Below the pieces are notes generated by a model, which was not told the DNA's origin, searched no databases, and worked only from the letters and a program-made list of their open reading frames with translations. From Eledone cirrhosa (lineage: Eukaryota): 39,090 nt of DNA. The DNA is taken from contig CAXHJY010000173.1 of NCBI GenBank assembly GCA_964016885.1, forward strand, positions 1 through 39,090, in the 5' to 3' direction. Both the position numbers and the translations under genes were made by a program. Shown here in pieces: positions 26,391 to 39,090 of this stretch. Position 1 is the first letter of the stretch. Each line of letters begins with the position of its first letter.

Positions 26391-26821
26391 ATATTAAAAT
26401 AACAGATTATATATATATGTATATCGTTGTTTTTTTTAATATATAATGGCTTCTGGAGGATTAATAGTGTTTCATTCGTATGAAATCATCAGGAATGCCC
26501 TGAATCAGTTTTAGTCATATTGAAGCCCTTTCTATATTACATTCTGTTATAGATACATATCGGTCACTTAATAGTAAGAGTTTTGTGGTTATGAGCAATT
26601 ATTAAACAGGAATGTATAACATAAATTGCTAGATATACAAAATAAGCATAGTTGTAATAATTCTTTCTTTCGTAATATAGTTAACTACACTACTGTATTC
26701 GTATTGTATCCTTTAATATATGGCTTGTCTACTTAAACTTAAGAGTAAAGTAACACATCATACACACGCGCTCGCACACACACACACACACATACACATA
26801 AACACACACACAAACACACAA

Positions 26822-26869
<48 letters not shown>

Positions 26870-27456
26870 ATAAAAATAAATAAATATATATATGTATAAA
26901 ATAAAATATATATATATATATATACACATTTACATATATATATACACATATATATATAAATAAATAAATATATATATATATATATGTGTGTGTGTTTGTT
27001 GCTGTGTGTGTGTGTGTGTCCCCGTTTGCGTGTATGTGTGTGTTAGTTTCTCGGAGACTGCCAGTCTACAAAAACAAGAGAGAAAAGAAAAATACAAGTC
27101 CTAGAACAATGTATCTAAAAACAAAAAGAAAAAAAATATATTATAACTAATATTAATGATAGATAATAATAGTATTACTAGTAATTCGCAATTAAATATG
27201 AAAAACCAGAGACAGTAAATAACGAAGAGCTGCAACAATATTAACAAATCAAAACAAAAAAAGACTACAACACAAAACTGGCCAACAAACTTCTGAATCC
27301 ATTGTTTTATACGCCAGATCAATATATGATAACGGAAGAAATATAGAAATCCAATTACTATGTATGTATGTATATAGGTACGTATATATGTATGTATGTA
27401 TGCATGTATATCTATGTATGTATGTATTTACATGCGTGTGTGTGTGTGTATGTCTG

Positions 27457-27530
<74 letters not shown>

Positions 27531-27679
27531 CATGTATGCATGTATATATATTTATATGTTTTTATGTATGTATGCTTGTATTTACGTATGTATGTATGCA
27601 TATATATATATATACATATATACAGATATATATATATATATATATATACATATATACAGATATATATATACATATATAC

Positions 27680-27768
<89 letters not shown>

Positions 27769-27935
27769 CATATATATATACATATATATATATATATACA
27801 TATATATATACTTATATGTATATATATATATATATGTTTATATGCCTATATTTCTGCAGTTATACATATGTGTGTATATATGTATACTCACACACACACC
27901 CATATATTTATATACATACATATATATTATATATA

Positions 27936-27993
<58 letters not shown>

Positions 27994-28290
27994 TGTATAC
28001 ATGTATGTATGTAATATGCAATAATGTACATGTATGTATGTACAATGATTTCAAACAAATATTTTTATATTTCAAAATGATTTTATTATATACATTTAAG
28101 CGATTAGGATGAAAAATCTCAAAATATATATATGTCTGTATGTGTGTATGTACGCATACATATATATAATAATATGTATATATATTTATATGTACACGTA
28201 TATATATATATATATATATATACATATATATAAATATATATATATATCTTATATCTTTATATATTTATTTATTTATTTATCTGTTTACAC

Positions 28291-28347
<57 letters not shown>

Positions 28348-28535
28348 CATATATATATGCTAACATATAATACCTAATAAATATATACATATTTATTGGC
28401 TTAACAAGGTATTTGCAAATTGCATTTACAAATGTCAGCTGCCTACATTCATTTATATGTACATAAATATATATGTATACGTATGTATATAAGAAATTCT
28501 ATATATGAAATTAAATAAATTAATAAATATATATT

Positions 28536-28875
<340 letters not shown>

Positions 28876-28878
<3 letters not shown>

Positions 28879-29064
28879 ACCAGTAAGACCCCCGACAGCT
28901 GAGCTCAAGCCGTTTCGACGGCTAATTCTGGAATTAGCCGTCGAAACGGCTTGAGCTCAGCTGTCGGGGTCTTACTGGTTCCTATTACCCACTCTAGTAC
29001 CTCAAGTATTGAGTACTTTGGTGCGTTATGGTCCACCTGGTTCCTTACCACATTTCCTTCGTTA
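28876..29064 (+). mobile_element. Family E palindromic element (hairpin 28876-28982 plus tail)
   Basis: Near-perfect ~107-bp palindrome with the shared tail, TA-flanked. Confidence 0.85.
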
Positions 29065-29290
29065 TATATATATATATATATATACATACATATTAAACAT
29101 GTTTATGTATATATATATATTAAACATGTATATGTATATATATAGAGAGATATGTGTGTGCGTTGTGTGTGTGTATACATACATACATACATAAATACAT
29201 ATATATATATATATTTACAAATATACATAAATGCATATATATTCATATACATATGATATATATATAAATACATACATATGATATATATAT

Positions 29291-29322
<32 letters not shown>

Positions 29323-29393
29323 GTGTGTATATATATGTGTGTATGTGTGTGTGTATGATATATATATATATACAAATACACACACACACACAC

Positions 29394-29475
<82 letters not shown>

Positions 29476-29740
29476 CTGATTCATTAAAAAATATTCATGA
29501 ATTTATTGGAATTACAATATAAGGCCAATTATTTATATAAATATTTGAAATAATTAATTAATTAAACTTAGAATAATTGAATTATAATTGAAACAATATT
29601 CGAAATTAATTATTGATAGTGTTTGTAAATACATAGAATAGAGAATCAAATATATCTCCCTATAATTAATACACTTCTAATTAACATATGTTTATTATAA
29701 ATATTATCAAAGTACGGAGAGACATAAATATATATATATA

Positions 29741-29819
29741 GATTAAAATAACAAATTAAAGTTTAAGCAAAGAATCGCTGCTTTCACTCTTAATGGGATC
29801 TTCTTCGCATTTATCATTA

Positions 29820-29853
<34 letters not shown>

Positions 29854-29935
29854 CTCTACGGTTCTTATATATTTGATATATATATATCCTTATCAACCCC
29901 TCTTTGGATTTTAGTCTTCAAATGTATTATTTTAA
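29741..29935 (+). mobile_element. Family F element, longest copy
   Basis: Contains all the blocks seen separately at 1108, 6146 and 25613. Confidence 0.7.
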
Positions 29936-29964
29936 ACGTATACATATGTGTATATTATATAATA

Positions 29965-30040
29965 TTACGGGGTCGATAAAATAAAGTACCAGTAATGCAC
30001 TGGTTAATTGCTGGCCTTGTGCCTAAAGTAGAAACAATTA
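29965..30040 (+). mobile_element. SINE family 1, 3' fragment
   Basis: ttacggggtcgataaaataaagtaccagt...ggccttgtgcctaaagtagaaacaatta. Confidence 0.75.
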
Positions 30041-30244
30041 TATTATATATTATATATATATATATACATTTATATATATATATATATATATCATATATAT
30101 ATATATGTATATATACATTATATATACACATGTATGATATATGTTATATATAATATATTAAAATTTGTTTCTATCGAACTTCGGTTATATATAGTTCTCC
30201 CTGTCACGTGTTCGTGTGGGTATTAGAAATAATTAGCATTTTTA

Positions 30245-30312
<68 letters not shown>

Positions 30313-30314
<2 letters not shown>

Positions 30315-30408
30315 AACCAGTAAGACCCCTATTACCCACTCTACTACCCTAAGTATTGAGTACTTTGGTGCGTTATGGTCCACCTGGTTCCTTACCACAT
30401 TTCCTTCG

Positions 30409-30410
<2 letters not shown>
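30313..30410 (+). mobile_element. Family E element with hairpin deleted
   Basis: ggaaccagtaagacccc is joined directly to the tattacccactctactacc tail. Confidence 0.8.
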
Positions 30411-30443
<33 letters not shown>

Positions 30444-30882
30444 AATAAAAGCAGAGTTAATAACTCATATATATATACGTGTGTGTGTATGTGTGTGTGT
30501 ATGTATATATATAGGTGTATATATATATATATCATATATATGTATATATATATGTGTATATATATATATATGTATGCATATATATATATGTGAACTGCGG
30601 AATGCTCTTAATTCCGATCTTTGTATATATATATATATATATATATAAATATATATACATACAGATATTTGAGTGTGTGTGTGTCTGTATGTGAGTATTA
30701 ATGTTTAGCTTTAGTCTTTGACTGTTACCTCGAGTTAACTCCTTCGATCTATCACAGGACATGATTCTTCTCAGGTGTTTATATCCGGGGATTCTGCTGT
30801 TTCCTTCTAACAAAATAACAAACTTTCACTCCCTACGTTAAACCTATGCCATAGTACTAGACAATAATATATATATACACAC

Positions 30883-30980
<98 letters not shown>

Positions 30981-31050
30981 TTCTGCAACTCTGTTTTCTA
31001 ATGTCTTATTATGTTTCTGTAAAAATACGATTACTTTTTCATACAAGCAC

Positions 31051-31203
<153 letters not shown>

Positions 31204-31543
31204 TATATATTTATACATATACATACATACAAACTTATTTATACATATATATAATATATATGTATATATACATACATAAGAATATGAGTACATATATAAA
31301 TATATTTATATATAAGAAAATAAATATATGCATGTGTATACTTATATAATATATATATGTGTGTGTGTGCGTGTGAGAGAGAGTGTGTGTGTTTGTGTTT
31401 GGGTGCGTGTGTGATTGCATATATGAAAGTCTTAGAACACGACAAATAGATATCGGTATGCAATTTACAGTTTTAAAAAGAATTCTGTGGTTGGTATGTT
31501 TCAAATAAATACATTCATACACACACACATATATATATATATT

Positions 31544-31574
<31 letters not shown>

Positions 31575-31929
31575 GCATGCATATATATTATTTTTACTTA
31601 TATATCTATAGTTCACAGAGGGGTTGCGCGCGCCGACGGAGGTGAATTTCTGTGACTGAATGTCAAGAAATATTCAAAAAATGCCACAACTGTTTTTTAT
31701 TAAAAGCATGTTGTTTGTATATTAATTAAAAATCATTTATCGTATCGATACAAATAAAATTCATAGAATGTGAATAAACCTAAAATGTAAAATTTCTTTT
31801 AAAATCTTGTCTTGGTGTATATTCATGCTTATTTATATGAGTGTGAATAAAACTGTATATACAGAATTTTCCGAATGTAAAATGATTGAATTCTTCCAGA
31901 TTTTTAGTGTGTTTTTTTTTTGTGTATGT

Positions 31930-31979
<50 letters not shown>

Positions 31980-32210
31980 AGGTGTGAATGAATGTCAGCC
32001 TGTAAGTTTGCATATTATATATTATATATGTTTTATATATGTATATATATATAAATATATATATATATGTGTGTGTATGTCTATGTGTGTGTATTCATAA
32101 TTATACTTTTATATAAACACATAAATACATATAATCAAATATATGCAAGTATAAATATATATATATACATATATATATACTTACATATATATATATATAC
32201 ATATACACAC

Positions 32211-32241
<31 letters not shown>

Positions 32242-32455
32242 AGCATTTATATATATATATGTGTGTGTGTGTATAATGGTTTTCCAAAGAGGAACGGAAG
32301 GGATACATTTCGTATTTATATTTAGTAAGCTGTATATATTATGTAAATAAATCTACCCACCAGGGACTGTGAACGAAATACCTTGCGTATATAAATATAA
32401 ATGTTGTATGATTATACATACATTCGCGCGCCTACGTACATATATAAATATGTGT

Positions 32456-32514
<59 letters not shown>

Positions 32515-32534
32515 TGTATATATGTATATATATG

Positions 32535-32570
<36 letters not shown>

Positions 32571-32609
32571 TACATATATGTATTTATATATGTGTGTGTA
32601 TATATATAC

Positions 32610-32645
<36 letters not shown>

Positions 32646-32899
32646 AGGCTGCATGAAAAAGAATCATCCGATTCTCTTTTCTTTACAATTTTTTACAAGT
32701 TCTCAATACGTAAATAACTTTATAAAAATTCTTAAAATTTTATATTCAGACGGATGCTACAGGTTAGCGCATTATTATGTTTGTCTAAAAAATATTGGTA
32801 TTTGATATATAGTCTTTTTGATAAATATATGTATATATATGTATATATATATATATATATATTAGAATTGGTGCTCTGAAATAGCGATGTATATATATA

Positions 32900-33126
32900 T
32901 ATGAATGTATATACAGTGTATTTTGCAATACACTGTATGCTTAATTAAAAGCATTTTGAAGACCTTACGCTATTTTTTTTAAATAGTGACTATGTCACTT
33001 ACTTCTTGCTTGTTGAAAAAAGAAGTAAGTGACATAGTCACAACTTTAAAACAATAGCGTAAGGTCTTCAAAATGCTTTTAATTAAGCATACAGTGTATT
33101 GCAAAATACACTATATATACATTCAT
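32900..33126. mobile_element. ~225-bp palindromic element in TA-rich context
   Basis: tgaatgtatata.agtgtattttgcaatacactgtatgcttaattaaaagcattttgaagaccttacgctatt is inverted at ~33053-33126. The apex is near 33012. Confidence 0.8.
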
Positions 33127-33149
33127 TCATATAGATATAGATATATATA

Positions 33150-33479
33150 TAAAGAACAAAAGATGAAATCGAAAATGCAACTGGAGTCTTATCTTTTTTA
33201 AAATATATATATTTATTTGGTTCCTTTACCGGTTTCGCAGTTCTTCTGCTTTTCAAAAGTAGAGTTCAGATGTGAGAAAACCCACAGACCCTCCATCTCA
33301 ACTCTACTTTTGAGAAGCAGAAGAACTGCGAAACCGGTAAAGGAACCAAATAAATATATATATATATATTTTAAAAATAAGACTCCAGTTGCATTTTCGA
33401 TTTCATCTTTTTTTCTTTATACTTTCACTCGTGTAGGACACCTCGGTTATTTTTCATTTTGTAAAAGAAAGCTCACTTT

Positions 33480-33482
<3 letters not shown>
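33150..33482. mobile_element. Palindromic element (arms 33150-33421 plus ~60-bp tail) with degenerate hammerhead remnants
   Basis: The arms are reverse-complementary around an apex near 33285. The right arm reads ctt-TTGAGA-a-GCAG-aagaa-CTGC-GAAACCGGTA-aag (33307-33342). Confidence 0.75.
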
Positions 33483-33541
<59 letters not shown>

Positions 33542-33617
33542 GTATAGTATATATATATGGGTATATGAATACATATATTATATGCATATGTATATGTATA
33601 TATATATATATATAATA

Positions 33618-33665
<48 letters not shown>

Positions 33666-33741
33666 CATATATACATATATGTATATATATATACACACAT
33701 ATATATATATATATACAATATGTATATATATATATATATAT

Positions 33742-33772
<31 letters not shown>

Positions 33773-34696
33773 TACTACTACTAAAACGACGTGCCTCAAA
33801 ACTCTTGCATATTCATATATATATACTTCAAAGAATACGAAATTAATATCCTTTGAAATTGTCGGGGTTTTTATCAGACACATATAATGGTGGAACAACA
33901 ACAACAACAACACATGGTATGGACCTCCGTATCTTTCAACGATGAATGGTACAGTTTTTCAATCAATGAAAGAAATTGCCCAAGTCATTAAGATGAACGT
34001 CGCAAAGCATTAACATGCAAGTTTGACCATGCAATTTTGACCTTAGGGAGCCCGGCTCACTTTAGTTTTTTGGGGACCCTCATCAACAAAAATTTAGAAT
34101 ACATATCACCCCCCCCCCCCCTACATCCAACTTTATATATCAAAGTTAGCTTGGCGTAAGAATTGGAATTAAAATGTTATACAAACATGTATTAAATTAA
34201 AACATTCTATCCTAAAACTAAAAATCCGAGTTGAGGGCTCAAATAAATTCTGGTTATAACTTTATTTTCTATAAGTATCCACTTGACACAATGCATAACA
34301 AGGCAGGATCTTTGACTTACAAATACTGTCTAGCGACTGTCTTCCAAGAGATTCTCCTGCCCAATTCCCCCCATGAGACATAGGTCGACCCATGGCTGTG
34401 TTAAATGGCCTTTATACAATGCTACGCAGTGGGACCGATTCCGGAAACAACAAATATATACTACAAAAAATATATTTTTTTAATGAAAGAACAATGTTAT
34501 ATCTGATCGAGTGGAAAGGAGATGTATTAGAATACATATAAACATGAGAAAACTCATCGTTAGGACAGCGTTAAACAGTTAAATGCTGTCAAAGACACAC
34601 GCTTGGCAAAACTGTCTCAGAGGAGAGAGACCAGTGGCCAGTGGTCAACAGAGAGACCCTCCATAATGTGGGTGGGTTGGTGTGTGGGTGGTGGAT

Positions 34697-34728
34697 GGAT
34701 AGATGGATAGATAGATAGATAGATAGAG

Positions 34729-34815
<87 letters not shown>

Positions 34816-34818
34816 TAT

Positions 34819-34880
<62 letters not shown>
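34697..34880. repeat. (GATA)n/(GA)n microsatellite abutting the LINE 3' end
   Basis: Read directly from the sequence. Confidence 0.95.
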
Positions 34881-34882
<2 letters not shown>

Positions 34883-36663
34883 ATTTCTTTATTAGCCCCA
34901 AGGGCACAATAGAAGGGAACAAATACAAATGGGGAGTTTCCATACAGGTATATGAAAATAAAACTATTAATAAAATAACAAATAACAATTGAAATCCCCA
35001 ATAGAGGGGAGGCGTTACACAGGGGTTGTACACACCCCGAAAAAATGTACAACCCTCATCTCCAGGAGCACCAAGACTGAGTACTCCCCTCCTCTCTTTC
35101 TATTTTTCCTCAACCTACAGGCTTATATAGAGAGAAGGCCCAACCACTCGGGCCATCTTTGCCACATTCACCCACTTTTTATAAAATTTGCTGGGGCAAC
35201 AGCACCTCTCTCTCTATCCTGATTCTTCTTCCAAAATGATATTTGAAAAAACGAATCAGTTGCTCGCCGGAGAGAAAGGTGTCTGACCTCAGCCCTTTTA
35301 ACCTCGTCCACCATATAACCTCTTTCACCATAGCCATAACACATAGGAAAACCGCCTCTCCCTCGTTTTTGAAGGAGGGTGGCGGTTTGATCATGACAAT
35401 AGACTCGGTGGTCAGCTGGATTGGTCCCACCCGCGACAATAGTCGTTCTACATAGCCCCACAGGTCGGTAACGCCCGGGCAGTGTACAAATGCGTGCGCA
35501 ACGGTTTCCTTGTCTCGCACGCATCTCGGACAGATCTTTTTCGAACGGTCCCTGCCCGGGCGCCCGTGTCTGCAGAGCTTGTCTCGAACTGGTAGAGCTC
35601 TTCGGTAACACTGCCAGGCCAGGGATTTTTGGAAGTTGTCCATCGGTCCCGGGCGGAAGGTTCTACCGAACAGACTGGCCAGTTCGTCTTCCTCTACGCC
35701 TAGAGTTTCTCCGAGGGCGTCGTCGCACTTGCTGCGGACCAACCCTCTATAGAATGACGAAGTGGAGTCTCCACTGATCGCCGGGTCCGCCTGCCAGAGG
35801 GCTGTGAGCGCCTGAGCACATTCGATGTGCCAGTCGCCCATTTTCCTCGGTCTTTGCTTGACCCAGGAGTGCAGCTCGGTCAGCGAGACGAGTCGTGGGA
35901 ATGCTCGCCTCACGAACGGGGCCCACATCTGTTATCCGGTGTGGAATACGTGGAGCCTGAGCGCGTGTTTGCGCATCGTCAGCCACGACATTCCCAGCCC
36001 TCCGTTTGAAGGGTGTTGGCAGCAGATGGATCTTCTCACCAAAGGAGCCCGCTTCTTCCAAAGAAATAGGAAGAGCGCGCGCTCCATTTTGGTGAGTGTT
36101 TTGGCTGGACAAGGCACAACGGTCAAGCAGTTGTAGATGACGGACGTTAAAAAAGCGCTCGCCACCTCGGCTCGACCTTTCAAGGATAGTTTGCACTCGG
36201 CCCACTTCTGGGTGAGCGCAAACACCTTGGCCGTCACCTCGTTCCAGTTCTTCTCCACCTGGAGGTCCGGACCAAACCAGACCCCGAGCAGCTTTACCGG
36301 TCCTTCCGTCCAGCGTCCGACGCCGTCATCGGAAGGCATAGGTTTGCCTCTCCACGTTCCGAGTTGCAAACCGACGGATTTGTCCCGGTTCAGCTTCGCT
36401 CCTGTGAACCTCTCGTATTCCTTCAGTAAGGTGCCGACCTCCCCGATTTGCGAGGTGCTCGACACCATTACTGTCACGTCGTCGGCGTAGGCCGACGCCA
36501 CTTTTCGCAGTCCTGGTTCCAAAGGGATGCCCTGCAATAGCTCCAACCTCCGCAGTAGTGGCTCGAGAGTCAGTACATACAGAAGGGAGGAGAGAGGGCA
36601 TCCCTGTCGGATCGCGTGATATGGAACGGCTCCGAGAGGTAGCCGTACACCTTGACCCTTGAG
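34881..36663 (-). mobile_element. 5'-truncated Tx1/L1-clade non-LTR retrotransposon
   Basis: GC-rich block with an ORF2 remnant and a ~240-bp 3' UTR ending aataaagaaattt directly before (ATCT)n. The 5' junction also meets a GATA-type repeat. Confidence 0.85.
35118..36660 (-). pseudogene. Disrupted ORF2: reverse transcriptase C-terminal half plus zinc-binding (zf-RVT-like) motif
   Basis: Motifs include RQGCPLS..LY.L.LEPLL, AYADDVTV, GAKLNRDKS, VKLLGVWF, LSLKGR, GGLG and CPRC...ETVAHAFVHC. There is an in-frame stop at 35932-35934 and frameshifts near 36612 and 35200. Confidence 0.9.
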
Positions 36664-36992
36664 CAGATATAGATAGATATCTTTCTTTGTGGTTGGATGG
36701 CTAGTTAGATAGATAGATAGATAGATTGTTGATAGATAGACAGAAATAGATAGACAAATTGATATCCAAACTTTATCAAAAAATTATCTTACGATAAATT
36801 TCATACAATAAATTACGAACTCAATATTAACAGTGCTGCTACCCTAATGCAATTAACCAATTCCATAGAATGTCCACCCTCTAGTTCTACACCATTCCCA
36901 CTTATTTATTTTCCCATGAGCCACCATGGAGCCCAGCTCGTCTTACTCGGATGAACTAAGAAATTTAAAACAACAAAAACAACAACTACATG

Positions 36993-37068
36993 TAGAAGAA
37001 GAAGAAGAAGAAGAAGAAGAAGAAGAAGAAGAAGAAGAAGAAGAAGAAGAAGAAGAAGAAGAAGAAGA
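36993..37068. repeat. (GAA)n microsatellite
   Basis: Read directly from the sequence. Confidence 0.95.
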
Positions 37069-37649
37069 TAGGTGGATGTAAATGAAGGTTGACGGGGGCA
37101 CACTGAAAACCGCACGTCCCAATATGGTGATGATGATGATGAAACACACACATAAACACATGTAGAAAAACACAAACATACATACTGACACAGAATCACA
37201 CATACACTTGCACATACTTGCAGAGATGATCATAGAGATACACATTGACGTACATGTGTACTCTCTCACTCACACACACTTACACAAACAAACACACACA
37301 CACACTTGCGCACAAACATTTACACTTCTCCCAAACATTTACACACTGTGACACATACAAACACACCTACATATGACCACATAAATATTTGCACACACAC
37401 ACACACACACACACACAAACTCAAACACATTCACATTCAAGCTCTTTCACACACGTACACAAATTTACACACTCACAAACACATACAGACTGATAAGTAT
37501 TTTCAGACATGCACACACTCACAAACACATTCACAGAGATGTGCTCTTTCACACACGTACATATGCATACACACTCACAAACACATGCACAATGATGAGC
37601 TCTTTCACACATGCATACACACGCACACACAAACACATACAAAAATGAC

Positions 37650-37851
<202 letters not shown>

Positions 37852-37901
37852 AAGACTGTTGGCTTCTTGCTATAATAATTTCTATACTTTTCATTTATAT
37901 A

Positions 37902-37939
<38 letters not shown>

Positions 37940-37957
37940 CTATATATACATATATAC

Positions 37958-38027
<70 letters not shown>

Positions 38028-38029
<2 letters not shown>

Positions 38030-38219
38030 AACGAGTAGGACACCGACGGCTGAGCTCAAGCCGTTTCGACGGCTAATTCTGGAGTCCAGAATTTGCCGTC
38101 GAAATGGCTTGAGCTCTGCCGTCGGGGTCCTACTCGTTCCTATTACCCACTCTACTACCCTAAGTATTGAGTACTTTGGTGCGTTATGGTCCACCTGGTT
38201 CCTTACCACATTTCCTGCG

Positions 38220-38221
<2 letters not shown>
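38028..38221 (+). mobile_element. Family E palindromic element (hairpin 38028-38140 plus tail), longest copy
   Basis: ~113-bp palindrome with the shared tail, TA-flanked. Confidence 0.85.
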
Positions 38222-38257
<36 letters not shown>

Positions 38258-38306
38258 CATATATATTGTGTATATATATATATATATATATATACATATG
38301 TGTGTG

Positions 38307-38365
<59 letters not shown>

Positions 38366-38376
38366 CATATATATTG

Positions 38377-38407
<31 letters not shown>

Positions 38408-38414
38408 CATATAT

Positions 38415-38483
<69 letters not shown>

Positions 38484-38494
38484 CATATATATTG

Positions 38495-38525
<31 letters not shown>

Positions 38526-38689
38526 CATATATATATATATATATATACAAATATCCAGCCCCGTTGCTACAACTACAGTCCTTAGAGAGTTTATTAGGAT
38601 ATGGTGGGGGGGGGGGGAGCTGCACTATAGAGTCCTCGTGGATAGGGTATTCTTCGAATGATATCCATATATCAAAATGTCGCTATATT

Positions 38690-39090
38690 GTTATCATCAT
38701 CATCGTCATCACCACGCCAGCCTCTCCATCATCATCATCACCATCGTCATCATCATCATCGTCATCACCACGCCACCCTCATCCCCATCACCACCATCAT
38801 CATCTTCATCGCTACTCCGCCCTCACTATCACCTTCACCACCATCATCGTAATCACCCCCCCCCCCTCTCACCCCCATCACCACCATCATCACCATCACC
38901 ACACCACCCCCACCACACCCAAACCCACCACCATCATCATCATCGCCATCACCCCCCCGTCATCACCCCCCCACCACCACCACCACCGTCATCGCCATCA
39001 TCACCCCCCCCCATCACCATCATCGCCATCACCACTCCACCCCCACGCCCCCATCACCATCATCGCCATCACCACTCCACCCCTACCGCC
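38690..39090. repeat. Degenerate (CAT)/(CAC)n low-complexity array
   Basis: Read directly from the sequence. Confidence 0.85.

Noticed and set aside
26455-26500. Minus-strand CTGATGA-tttcatacgaat-GAAAC
   Set aside because: Stem II is a weak 3 bp and there is no stem I partner. It may be a decayed motif but is not supportable.
35168-36490. Alternative-frame and antisense ORFs over the LINE
   Set aside because: They are shadow ORFs of the GC-rich ORF2 remnant, with no recognisable motifs.

Overview
AT-rich eukaryotic non-coding DNA dominated by microsatellites ((TA)n, (CA)n, (GA)n, (GATA)n, (AAC)n, (GAA)n). The repeat style suggests an invertebrate, probably a cephalopod such as Octopus; this is an inference. 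I find no supportable host protein-coding gene, and almost all ORF-track entries are microsatellite translations. The real coding remnants are two non-LTR retrotransposon fragments on the minus strand: an RTE-like C-terminus at ~18.1-18.6 kb and a Tx1/L1-clade RT plus zinc-finger fragment at ~34.9-36.7 kb flanked by (GATA)n. There are also about ten tRNA-derived SINE copies, small Tc1/mariner-type MITEs and several minisatellites. The main hidden signal is a set of at least six families of short non-coding elements inserted in (TA)n tracts. Many share the architecture (TA)n-[inverted arm]-apex-[arm]-tail-(TA)n. Together they carry about a dozen type I hammerhead ribozyme motifs (CUGANGA...GAAA with a minimal, often palindromic stem III), some showing compensatory stem changes between copies. 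They look like non-autonomous, ribozyme-bearing Penelope-like (pseudo-LTR) retroelement derivatives. Several families also share a TTGAGTAC tail motif.
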